Assembly (NCBI GenBank): GCA_039000165.1
Contig: JAWBTW010000002.1
Location: 3,245-67,244 of the forward strand
DNA length: 64,000 bases
Origin: Candidatus Aenigmatarchaeota archaeon
Lineage (GTDB): Archaea; Aenigmatarchaeota; Aenigmatarchaeia; CG10238-14; SCSR01
Reading direction: 5' to 3'
Both the position numbers and the translations under genes were made by a program. Numbering within the stretch: the stretch's first letter is position 1; each line of letters starts with the position of its first letter. The notes under the pieces were generated by a model. The model was not told where the DNA came from and searched no databases. It was given only the letters and a program-made list of their open reading frames with translations. This document shows positions 47,494-55,594 of the stretch, in pieces.

Positions 47494-48187
47494 CTTAACT
47501 GATTTGCTCTGGGAAATCTATCCATTTTTTTACGACTCCCTAAACAACTTTGCTCCATACAAAAAAATGATAAGAGATACTGCTGAAAGCTTAAACTTTA
47601 GTAAAGGGAAGAAATTTCTTGACGTTGGTTGCGGAACAGGAAATTTGATTCAATATCTAGTTAAAAATTCTAAGGAAATCGAGGTTTGGGGTATAGATGC
47701 TTCAGAGCAAGCGCTTAAAATTGCCTCAAAAAAAATTAAAAATTCAAACGCTAACGTCAAGCTTTGCCAGTACTATTTTGAAGAAAAGCTTCCTTTTAAT
47801 GATAACTACTTTGACGGAATCGCTGCTGTTAACTTTATAAACTACTTAAGCCCAAGCTCTTTACAAAATTTTGTAAGGGAAGCGAGGAGAATTTTAAGAA
47901 AGGGGGGAAGGCTAAGCTTAGTCTACACAAGCGAAGTAGAATACTTTAAGGGAAAAAGCGGCTTTAAGTACTCTTTAAAAGAAAAACCGAAACAAACGAT
48001 TTTATCCCTTCCTTTCTGCGTGGCTGTTGGCTTGATGAACATTCCCATGAAATTAAAAGTCAACCTTATCCCTTATTCTAAAACTTATGTAGAAAAACTT
48101 CTTGAGGAAAACAACCTCAAGATCCTTAACACAAAAACAACTTATTATTCTCATAGTACCTTGCTAACAACTAGCGAAAAAATTTAA
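47474..48187 (+). CDS. class I SAM-dependent methyltransferase
   Basis: Motif I LDVGCGTGNL. Motif post-I and II spacing is typical. Confidence 0.75.
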   Translation: MSSMPASLTDLLWEIYPFFYDSLNNFAPYKKMIRDTAESLNFSKGKKFLDVGCGTGNLIQYLVKNSKEIEVWGIDASEQALKIASKKIKNSNANVKLCQYYFEEKLPFNDNYFDGIAAVNFINYLSPSSLQNFVREARRILRKGGRLSLVYTSEVEYFKGKSGFKYSLKEKPKQTILSLPFCVAVGLMNIPMKLKVNLIPYSKTYVEKLLEENNLKILNTKTTYYSHSTLLTTSEKI

Positions 48188-48194
48188 AAAACTT

Positions 48195-48827
48195 TTGGAA
48201 TATTCCAATTTATCTTTTAACAAACAAATTAATTATATGTTTGAACCTCCAAAAGGTTATGAAAAATATTGCGAACCAACTTTTTTGTGCGAATCTAACC
48301 TGCCAGAAATAAAAGAGCTAGCCCAAGCTTTAGCAAAAGATAAAAAAACTCCTGAAGAAGCTGCTAGAGCATTTTTTTATTGGGTAAGGGATAATGTTGC
48401 TTGGAAAGTAGAAGAGATAGTTGGTGCTAAGGAAACGCTAAAAAGAAACCCTATGCATGGAGTATGTGCAGATAAAGCTAATCTCTTCATAGCTCTTTGC
48501 AGAGCTGTTGGAATTCCTGCAAGGTATCTTTTAATATTTAGATGTCAGCTTAACGCTAAGGTAAAGGATTTTCCAAAAAAAGTTGGGCATGTAGCTGCTA
48601 AAGTTTACTTAAACAATGAATGGAAAGTTGTAGATCCAACTTTTGGAAAGGATACGGAAAAGCTAATTCCTTTAAGTGAGTTTGACAGACCAAGCTGGAA
48701 AAGAATTGCTGGAGTCTTGAGAGTAAGAGAGCTTTCTGTTTCCTTAGCTTTATTTTCCATGCTTATTCTAAGGTTTAGTCGCTCTAGCCTAAAGATGAAA
48801 GAATTGATAGAAAGTTTGAGAAAATGA
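48195..48827 (+). CDS. transglutaminase-like cysteine protease-fold protein
   Basis: GVCADKANLFIALCRAVGIPARYL has the catalytic Cys context. Downstream GHVAAKVYL...WKVVDPT supplies His and Asp. Confidence 0.6.
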   Translation: MEYSNLSFNKQINYMFEPPKGYEKYCEPTFLCESNLPEIKELAQALAKDKKTPEEAARAFFYWVRDNVAWKVEEIVGAKETLKRNPMHGVCADKANLFIALCRAVGIPARYLLIFRCQLNAKVKDFPKKVGHVAAKVYLNNEWKVVDPTFGKDTEKLIPLSEFDRPSWKRIAGVLRVRELSVSLALFSMLILRFSRSSLKMKELIESLRK

Positions 48828-48839
48828 AAAGGTTGTTAA

Positions 48840-48855
48840 TGTTAGACGTCTAACA
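48840..48855. repeat. 16-bp perfect palindrome TGTTAGACGTCTAACA, copy 2
   Basis: Exact copy, 13 bp after the transglutaminase-like gene stop. Confidence 0.9.
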
Positions 48856-48990
48856 ATTTCTAAACTAACCACTTCCACAAAGGTTTGAAAACAATTTTTT
48901 TGTTTTCTATTTTTAATTGATCTTCATAATCCCAGGTTATCACTAGCAAATCCTTGCATTTAAGCAAGGAGGATGCTTTAAAATTGTTAA
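48856..48990 (-). pseudogene. 5'-truncated 3'-terminal fragment of a COG1373/DUF4143 AAA ATPase paralogue
   Basis: Reverse strand translates in frame to KASSLLKCKDLLVITWDYEDQLKIENKKIVFKPLWKWLV*. This matches the C-terminus of gene 50356-51639 (KASKELKCKDLLVITWDYEGQQKIKNKKIVFKPLWKWLLVDFF*). About 85% nt identity over roughly 110 bp. Confidence 0.6.
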
Positions 48991-48999
48991 ATGTCTAAC
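48984..48999. repeat. degenerate copy (13/16) of the TGTTAGACGTCTAACA palindrome
   Basis: TGTTAAATGTCTAACG, 12 bp downstream of the serS stop. Confidence 0.5.
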
Positions 49000-49010
49000 G
49001 TATAAAAAAC

Positions 49011-50291
49011 TCATTCACCCAAAACCTCAATTCCGTTCATGTAAGGAACCAAAACTTTTGGAATTTTCACGCTCCCGTCTTTTTGCTGGAAGTGTTCGAG
49101 AATGGCTAGCATGGTCCTGCTTGTCGCTAAGGCAGTAGAGTTTAAAGTATGGACAAAACCTTTTGGTTTTTCTCCTTCCTTTTCTCTAAACCTAATGTTA
49201 AGCCTTCTTGCTTGGTAATCTGTGCAATTAGAGTTTGAGCCTATTTCCCTAAACTTTCCGTCAACCATCCAAACCTCTGTATCGTACTTTTTTGCCGCTA
49301 CTGTTCCTATATCTCCTGTGCAAACGTTTACTACACGGTAATGCAAACCTAAAGCTTGATAGAGCTCCTCACAATTTCTTTGCAGCTCTTCGTGCAAATC
49401 CCAGGAATCTTCTGGCAAGCAAAAAATGAATTGCTCAACCTTGTTAAACTGATGCATCCTGAAAAATCCTTTCGTGTATTTTCCGTGCGTACCTATTTCT
49501 TTTCTAAAACATGGACTTATTCCAACAAACTTCAAAGGCAAGTCTTTTTTATTTAAAATTTCATTCATGAACATTGCTCCTATAGGATGCTCAGAAGTTG
49601 CTATCAAGTATAAATCTTCATTCTCTATTTTGTAAGTTACCATTTCAAAATCGCTTGGGTCTATCATTCCTTCGTAAGCTTTTCTGTTTATCATGAAAGG
49701 AGGCTCTACAGGAATATAGCCTTTTTTAATCATAAAATCTAGAGCAAACTTTTGAATGGCTAGATCGAGCAAAACCAATTCTTTTTTTAAGTAGAAAAAG
49801 CCTGCCCCAGCAACTTTTGCTGCCCTTTCTTGATCTACCAAACCCAACTCTAAAGCAATTTCTAGATGATTTTTTGGTTTAAAGTTAAACTTTGGTGGGG
49901 AACCAACTCTTCTTATTTCAACATTATCGTTTTCATCTTTACCAAAAGGTACAGAATCGTGCAAAATGTTCGGTAGCTTGAGCAAAATATCCCTTACTTC
50001 TTTTTCCAGTCTGCTCGACTCTTCTTCCATTCTTTTTATTTCGTCATGGATTTTCTTAGCTTCGTTTAAGATTTTGCTTGTATCCTTGTTTTCTTTCTTC
50101 AACCTTGAAATTTCTAAAGTAAGTTTGTTCCTTCTGTTTCTCAGCTTGTTTATTTCTGTTTTGAGGCCACGCAATTTCTTGTCAAGCTCTAAAAGCCTTT
50201 CGAACATTTTCAATTTTTCCGGGTCTTGCCTCTTTTCCAAATTTTTCCTTACAAACTCTGGCCTCTCTCTTATCAATTTAATGTCAAGCAT
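49011..50291 (-). CDS. serS: seryl-tRNA synthetase
   Basis: N-terminal coiled-coil arm (MLDIKLIRERPEFVRKNLEKR...), class II motifs FRKE and GSNSNCTDYQARRLNIRF. 426 aa. Confidence 0.9.
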   Translation of the reverse strand: MLDIKLIRERPEFVRKNLEKRQDPEKLKMFERLLELDKKLRGLKTEINKLRNRRNKLTLEISRLKKENKDTSKILNEAKKIHDEIKRMEEESSRLEKEVRDILLKLPNILHDSVPFGKDENDNVEIRRVGSPPKFNFKPKNHLEIALELGLVDQERAAKVAGAGFFYLKKELVLLDLAIQKFALDFMIKKGYIPVEPPFMINRKAYEGMIDPSDFEMVTYKIENEDLYLIATSEHPIGAMFMNEILNKKDLPLKFVGISPCFRKEIGTHGKYTKGFFRMHQFNKVEQFIFCLPEDSWDLHEELQRNCEELYQALGLHYRVVNVCTGDIGTVAAKKYDTEVWMVDGKFREIGSNSNCTDYQARRLNIRFREKEGEKPKGFVHTLNSTALATSRTMLAILEHFQQKDGSVKIPKVLVPYMNGIEVLGE

Positions 50292-50339
50292 GTTTTTACC
50301 TTAATTTCAATTAATTAAAGGTTGCTCAAATATTTTCTT

Positions 50340-50355
50340 TGTTAGACGTCTAACA
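50340..50355. repeat. 16-bp perfect palindrome TGTTAGACGTCTAACA, copy 3
   Basis: Exact copy. Abuts the AAA ATPase stop codon and lies 49 bp upstream of the serS start. Confidence 0.9.
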
Positions 50356-51639
50356 TTAAAAAAAGTCAACCAATAACCATTTCCACAAAGGCTTAAAAAC
50401 AATTTTTTTGTTTTTTATCTTTTGTTGACCTTCATAATCCCAGGTTATCACTAGCAAATCTTTACATTTAAGTTCTTTGCTTGCCTTTATTAAAGACCTA
50501 ATTTCCCTTTTCTCAACCTCATCTTTACTAGAAGCATAAGTAACTTGAATTAGTTGATTGATTTTTAAACCTTTTTTCACGGCAAAATCTACCTCAAAAT
50601 CGTTCGATTTGAAGTAAAAAATTTCATCAACTTTTCCTTCAAACTTTTTTCTCAAAAGAGAAATAGCTACCAAGTTTTCCATTTTTTTCCCAAAATCTTT
50701 TGAAAACCTTGGTTCAATCGCAAAGTAAACATTATCTACCAAATAAATCTTTGCAGGATACTTTGCTCTTTCTCTGTACTTTAAAGAAAATCTTTTTATC
50801 GGAAAAACAAACAAAGCCTCTTCCACATACCTCAAATAATTCGCTAAGGTTTTTTTGCTAACTTTCAAGCCGATCGATTTCAATTCTTTTTCAATTTTTG
50901 TTAATGAGATATAGGAGGAAGAGTTTGCTATGCAATACCTAACAAAATAATCCATAAGTGTAACATTTTTTATTTTAAACCTTTCTATCAAATCCTTAAA
51001 AAATACGGTAGTAAAATAGGTTCTTGCTATTTCAATTTTCTTGTTTTTCTCGTCAGCAAGAAGAATTTCAGGATACCCTCCAAAATCAAGAAATTCTTTC
51101 AAAAGCATTAAAATTTCACCAACCTTTGCCTTAGAAATTTCTTCCCTAACTACAAACTTTTTTAGCTTAAGAAACTCTTTAAAGGTAAAAGGAAAAATTA
51201 TATAAGGAATACACCTTCCCCTTAGCTCGGTTGAAATCTCTCTGCTTAAAAGTTTTGAAGAAGAACCAGAAATTATTATTTTATATTTTTGGAAATTGTG
51301 CAAAGTTCTAACGAACGAAGGCCATTCTTCTAACTCTTGAATTTCGTCCAAGAAAAGAAAAACTTGATTTTTAAACAGTGAATTTACTTCCTTTAAAAAC
51401 TCAGAAACACCAATTTTTCTTACTCTTGGGTCGGTAAAATCTATGTAAACAACATTATCTTTGGAATTATTCTTTTCAAAGAGCTCTTTTATTAGCTGGA
51501 ACATAAAATAGGTTTTACCAGCTCTTCTTGGTCCTATAAGGGAAACTATGTGCTTGTTTATCCATACCTTTAAATCTCTCTCGATTATATCTTGCGGTAG
51601 TTCTTTCTCTTTCCACTCTAGTAAAACCTCTCTTAGCAT
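50356..51639 (-). CDS. AAA+ ATPase, COG1373/DUF4143 family
   Basis: Walker A GPRRAGKT, Walker B FLDEIQ, C-terminal DUF4143-like region. 427 aa. Confidence 0.75.
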   Translation of the reverse strand: MLREVLLEWKEKELPQDIIERDLKVWINKHIVSLIGPRRAGKTYFMFQLIKELFEKNNSKDNVVYIDFTDPRVRKIGVSEFLKEVNSLFKNQVFLFLDEIQELEEWPSFVRTLHNFQKYKIIISGSSSKLLSREISTELRGRCIPYIIFPFTFKEFLKLKKFVVREEISKAKVGEILMLLKEFLDFGGYPEILLADEKNKKIEIARTYFTTVFFKDLIERFKIKNVTLMDYFVRYCIANSSSYISLTKIEKELKSIGLKVSKKTLANYLRYVEEALFVFPIKRFSLKYRERAKYPAKIYLVDNVYFAIEPRFSKDFGKKMENLVAISLLRKKFEGKVDEIFYFKSNDFEVDFAVKKGLKINQLIQVTYASSKDEVEKREIRSLIKASKELKCKDLLVITWDYEGQQKIKNKKIVFKPLWKWLLVDFF

Positions 51640-51709
51640 AAAAGAAATATAGGAAACAAAAATATATATTTTTTGTTTCCCTTAGGGAAATTTTAGAAAG
51701 TTGGTTTTT

Positions 51710-51725
51710 TGTTAGACGTCTAACA
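51710..51725. repeat. 16-bp perfect palindrome TGTTAGACGTCTAACA, copy 4
   Basis: Exact copy, 71 bp upstream of the AAA ATPase start codon. Confidence 0.9.
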
Positions 51726-51754
51726 CAAAAAATCCTTATTTATACTTTTAAATG

Positions 51755-51991
51755 CTAACTTTCGTTTAAATTTTCATAATTTTTATTCTCTCCAAATTTC
51801 TTTTTTCCTAATAAATAGCCTAGAATAGCTCCATAACAAAAAGCAAAATCTTTTTCTTTTCCTTCTGCTAGCTTTATTCCGAACTTTAAGCCTTTGATAA
51901 AAGAATCCAAGTATTCTTTTCCTTCTGCCTCTTCAAAAAATTTTTCCATCAAAACTTTTGTAAAATTTAAGTATCTTTTTTCTTCTTCCAC
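51755..51991 (-). CDS. hypothetical small protein
   Basis: 78-aa ORF. No motif. Confidence 0.25.
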   Translation of the reverse strand: MEEEKRYLNFTKVLMEKFFEEAEGKEYLDSFIKGLKFGIKLAEGKEKDFAFCYGAILGYLLGKKKFGENKNYENLNES

Positions 51992-52040
51992 AAAGAAAAA
52001 ATGAAAGAAAAAGTATTTAAGTACTTGAAAAAACTCAAAA

Positions 52041-52346
52041 TTATTCCATCTTTTTCCCTTCTTTATATCCTCTTAAAAGCTTCTCCATCTCTTTTTCATA
52101 TTCTTTTCTAAGCTCAGAAATCTTGCCCAAATAATCTAGCGTTAAAGACCTTATTTTTTCCTGAGCTTCGCTTCTACCTTCTAAAAACTCCCTAAACAAA
52201 GAATAAGCTATGTTACCAGCCAGAAGAGAAGAAATCAGACTTTCCCAATTCCTCACGTAATCCAAATCCTTCTTTATTTCTTCAAAACTTCTCATACTTT
52301 TAAAATAAAGAATAAATTTTAAAAAACTATTCTTTCTTAACAACAA
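52041..52346 (-). CDS. hypothetical small protein
   Basis: 101-aa ORF, overlapping the upstream KaiC-like gene end by 20 nt. Confidence 0.3.
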   Translation of the reverse strand: MLLRKNSFLKFILYFKSMRSFEEIKKDLDYVRNWESLISSLLAGNIAYSLFREFLEGRSEAQEKIRSLTLDYLGKISELRKEYEKEMEKLLRGYKEGKKME

Positions 52347-53055
52347 TTCCTTTATTAGTAATTTCTATGGGATAAATGTCAGTTCCATGCTTAGTGTGAC
52401 GCATCTTTCTTATAAGCAAGCTTCTTGGTGTTCCTCCTCCTGTAAATTCCAAATAATGCAAAACTATTACTGCATCTACTATAAATTCCTCAAAACCAAA
52501 TCTTGATAAGGCTTTTGTTGCTTCTGGTATCTCTCCAACTATCAAGCTTGTTACTCCATACTGTTTTAACCTCATTATTAGCTCGAAAACCTTTGCCCTT
52601 AGCTCAGTAGGGTCAGAAGCCTTTGCAGCAAAAGCTACCAAGCTTAAACCATCTAGAACAAAACGAGTAGCGTTTACTTCCTTTATCCTCTTAAAAATTT
52701 CATAATCCAAATCATCACAAGATTTAGGAAAAACATACTCTATTATACATCTTCCTTGTTGAATGTAAGGCCTGAAGTCCATCCCAAACTGCAAAGCTTG
52801 CGAGATTATATCTTCTGCTGGCTCTTCCAAGGTTATGTAAACTACATTTTCACCCTTTTGCAAGCCATGCCAAATGTATTGAGTACAAAAAATCGTTTTT
52901 CCTGTTCCTGTTTCTCCTGCTATCAAAACTGCTGAGCCTTTAACAAAACCTCCTTCTATTAGTCTATCCAAACCAGGAATTCCTGTTTCTACCCTTTCAG
53001 GTTTTCCTTCCTCTTTTGGTTTTTCAGAAACTTTTTTCATCTTTTTCTTCATCAA
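52327..53055 (-). CDS. KaiC-like RecA-superfamily ATPase (second copy)
   Basis: GIPGLDRLIEGGFVKGSAVLIAGETGTGKT Walker A plus a KaiC-like core. 242 aa. Confidence 0.75.
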   Translation of the reverse strand: MMKKKMKKVSEKPKEEGKPERVETGIPGLDRLIEGGFVKGSAVLIAGETGTGKTIFCTQYIWHGLQKGENVVYITLEEPAEDIISQALQFGMDFRPYIQQGRCIIEYVFPKSCDDLDYEIFKRIKEVNATRFVLDGLSLVAFAAKASDPTELRAKVFELIMRLKQYGVTSLIVGEIPEATKALSRFGFEEFIVDAVIVLHYLEFTGGGTPRSLLIRKMRHTKHGTDIYPIEITNKGIVVKKE

Positions 53056-53151
53056 AATAAAATTTAGTTTTTTGGGTTAATAAATTTAAAGAAAAAAGAA
53101 AAGAAAGATAATCTTGATTATTTATTTTTAGGCTTTGGATAATTCAACTGT

Positions 53152-53643
53152 TTATGCTGATTCTACAGGACCTGTAATTCTTGCTGTAAAGTCGTGAGAT
53201 ACGTCACCTGTAGTATAATACTTCCCTGATACGTCAATTGTGTAGCAATCACCAACAGCTACGGAATCTGGATCTGCGCTGGTTATGTCTACTGTTATCT
53301 CTGCGGTTTGACCTGTCTGTAAAGTTGTATCTGCACCTGGCCAAGTTGCTGTATCACCTGTTGGCGACATACTAAAAGTTAGAGGAGAAGCAGCCTTAAA
53401 AGTTATAGCCTCTGGCAAACCATTCGTTATTCTCATCTGCAATCTATTTCCGTTTGCTATCTGTGTTACTTTTATATAACTTCTATCAGTAGAAAAACCT
53501 CCTGGAACAGTTACTTGTGTTCCTGTCCATCTGCAAGGCTTTGTTAGCCCTAGAGCATACAAAGCAGCTACTACGATTATCACTATTAGGATTGCCCATC
53601 CATAAGTCATCAAATACTCCAAAGCGGTTTGTCCTTTCCTCAT
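53152..53643 (-). CDS. archaeal type IV pilin-like protein (class III signal peptide)
   Basis: MRKGQTALEYLMTYGWAILIVIIVVAALYALG has the KG|Q prepilin-peptidase site plus a hydrophobic helix (DUF361-like). Confidence 0.65.
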   Translation of the reverse strand: MRKGQTALEYLMTYGWAILIVIIVVAALYALGLTKPCRWTGTQVTVPGGFSTDRSYIKVTQIANGNRLQMRITNGLPEAITFKAASPLTFSMSPTGDTATWPGADTTLQTGQTAEITVDITSADPDSVAVGDCYTIDVSGKYYTTGDVSHDFTARITGPVESA

Positions 53644-53685
53644 TTTCTCACTAAAATTGAATTTCTTTTTCTTTAAATATAAGCT

Positions 53686-54684
53686 TTATGCTGGCAAGAA
53701 AAACAGGTTTGCTAACAAAAGCCTTGCTCCAATAAAAACCAAAAGCCCTACAGCGATTAAAGCAAAAACAAATTTTATTCCTGCCTTTTCCTTTCCTGCC
53801 TCTATTAAACCAATAATTATTCCTCCAAAAGTTGTTGTTATGATAATGGCTGCCATGGAAAAGTTAAAGATAAATTGAGGATCAATAGAAGGAGCAGCAA
53901 ATTTAATTATGCTTAATCCTCCTACTGCAGAAGTTTCAGGCATCTCTATTCCTGCGCTAACCCTTATTATCATCTCTACTAAATGAGTTGAAATTGCATA
54001 AAGCAAAGGAGCACCAATAGCTACAGCAAAAAGAATAAACATTCCGTACATAGCAACATTAGCCCTTACTTCTTTTCTTAAAGATTGAGTTTGTCTTGCA
54101 TCGTTTGCAGTTTCATCAAGCAAAGTAGCTAGTTCTCCTCCTGAACGCAAGCCTTCAACTATAAGCCTTATAGCTCTGTTAAGCATTTTCGACTCAATCC
54201 TCTTAGGAATTTCAAGCAAAGCGTCCTCTATGGTTCTTCCTGTTAAAGCTTCCTTTGCCGCCCTTTTTATTTCTATTTCTAAGGGCCCAAACTCAGGTCT
54301 TGCAGCAAGAAGCAAAGCTCGATCAGGAGTAATTCCTGCCCTAATGTTTGCTGCCATTAGTTGCAAGGCATCTGGTAAAATTTCATCAACAAAAGAAGCC
54401 TTCCTGTCAGCTATTAGAATTAGAATAGCATGCTCAACCAAAACAAAAACACAGAGAAAACCAAGAAAAGCAATTATAAAGTAGAGAAAATTTATGAAAC
54501 CGATCAAGAAAAGGGAAAGGCTTATTATGAAGCTGAGGAAAATTTCTACCAATAAAGTAAAGCCGATAAAAATATCAACGCTAGTTGGAATTCCACAACA
54601 AACAAGTTTTCTTTCTAGATATTCTCTATAACCTTTTGGCATCGCTCTTCCGATTTTCCTGTAAATCTTAACAAAACTTATCAT
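53686..54684 (-). CDS. TadC/FlaJ-like pilus assembly membrane protein (T2SSF domain), C-terminal half-equivalent
   Basis: T2SSF-type cytoplasmic domain between TM blocks. Separated from the upstream T2SSF gene by 1 nt. Confidence 0.65.
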   Translation of the reverse strand: MISFVKIYRKIGRAMPKGYREYLERKLVCCGIPTSVDIFIGFTLLVEIFLSFIISLSLFLIGFINFLYFIIAFLGFLCVFVLVEHAILILIADRKASFVDEILPDALQLMAANIRAGITPDRALLLAARPEFGPLEIEIKRAAKEALTGRTIEDALLEIPKRIESKMLNRAIRLIVEGLRSGGELATLLDETANDARQTQSLRKEVRANVAMYGMFILFAVAIGAPLLYAISTHLVEMIIRVSAGIEMPETSAVGGLSIIKFAAPSIDPQFIFNFSMAAIIITTTFGGIIIGLIEAGKEKAGIKFVFALIAVGLLVFIGARLLLANLFFLPA

Positions 54685-54685
54685 C

Positions 54686-55594
54686 TTATACCTCCAGGCT
54701 TGGCCTCCTAACTTTTATCAAACCAATAAACATGAATTGGAAGATTATCAAGAATCCCAAAATTAGGTATAGGAAAATGTCTAAGGGCAGGAATGAAAGA
54801 CCAAAGAAAGAAGAAAGAATTATTATGAAAGTTATTCCTAGAGTTGGAATAATAACTGCAGTCATCAAATACATCAAAGCCATAGGATTAAGCTGAGCTC
54901 CATACCTTCTAATCTCAATTCTCTGGTCTATTGCTAAGCCATTAACTATTTCTCTTAAAGTTGTTGCTATGTCTGAGCCAGCTCTCATTCCATTAACTAG
55001 TTGCCAAATAACCCTTCTAAAGTAGAGAGAAGGATTCCTAAAAGACATGTTTTCCAAAGCTTCTATCTCAGAAACTCCTGCGTTTATTTCCTTTACTGCT
55101 TCTTCAAATTCTTCTGAAACCAAACCATAATCTCCTGCAGCAACAGAAACCATAGCGTTAAAAAGAGTAACTCCTGACCTAACTTGAATCAGCAAATGCC
55201 TTAAAGCATAGAGCAAATCTCTTTCCAAAAGCCTTATTTTCTTAATCAAGAGCATTTTTGGGTAAAGAATTACGTAATAAAAAACAAAGAAAGTTATTCC
55301 TATATCTAGGGAAAGCATGGTAACAAGATAAGTTGGAGTAAAGGCAGCTAAAGGATTTAAAGGATTAGAAATTATCCCCAAGAAAATTGTTATGAAAATC
55401 ATTAGAGCAAAATAAAAAAATGCGGTAAAAATTGCTAAGGCAATGTATTCCCTAGGGTTCAAATCAACCTTTGCTTGTTTAAGCTCATAACTTAAAGAAG
55501 GAAAAAGCTTTGCCATCTCTTTGCTTACTCCAAAAAACTTCCTTGCATAATTCAAAGCTACTTCTGTTTTGAAAGGAAGTAGGGGAATCCTCAA
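54686..55594 (-). CDS. TadB/FlaJ-like pilus assembly membrane protein (T2SSF domain), N-terminal half-equivalent
   Basis: T2SSF-like domain plus TM helices. Start overlaps the ATPase stop by 4 nt. Confidence 0.65.
   Translation of the reverse strand: MRIPLLPFKTEVALNYARKFFGVSKEMAKLFPSLSYELKQAKVDLNPREYIALAIFTAFFYFALMIFITIFLGIISNPLNPLAAFTPTYLVTMLSLDIGITFFVFYYVILYPKMLLIKKIRLLERDLLYALRHLLIQVRSGVTLFNAMVSVAAGDYGLVSEEFEEAVKEINAGVSEIEALENMSFRNPSLYFRRVIWQLVNGMRAGSDIATTLREIVNGLAIDQRIEIRRYGAQLNPMALMYLMTAVIIPTLGITFIIILSSFFGLSFLPLDIFLYLILGFLIIFQFMFIGLIKVRRPSLEV

Noticed and set aside
45093-51725. Possibility that the repeated 16-bp palindromes are a CRISPR array or IS terminal inverted repeats.
   Set aside because: Spacing is 1.4-3.7 kb with full genes in between, there are no cas genes, and no transposase ORF lies between any pair. 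Hence not CRISPR and not a canonical IS.
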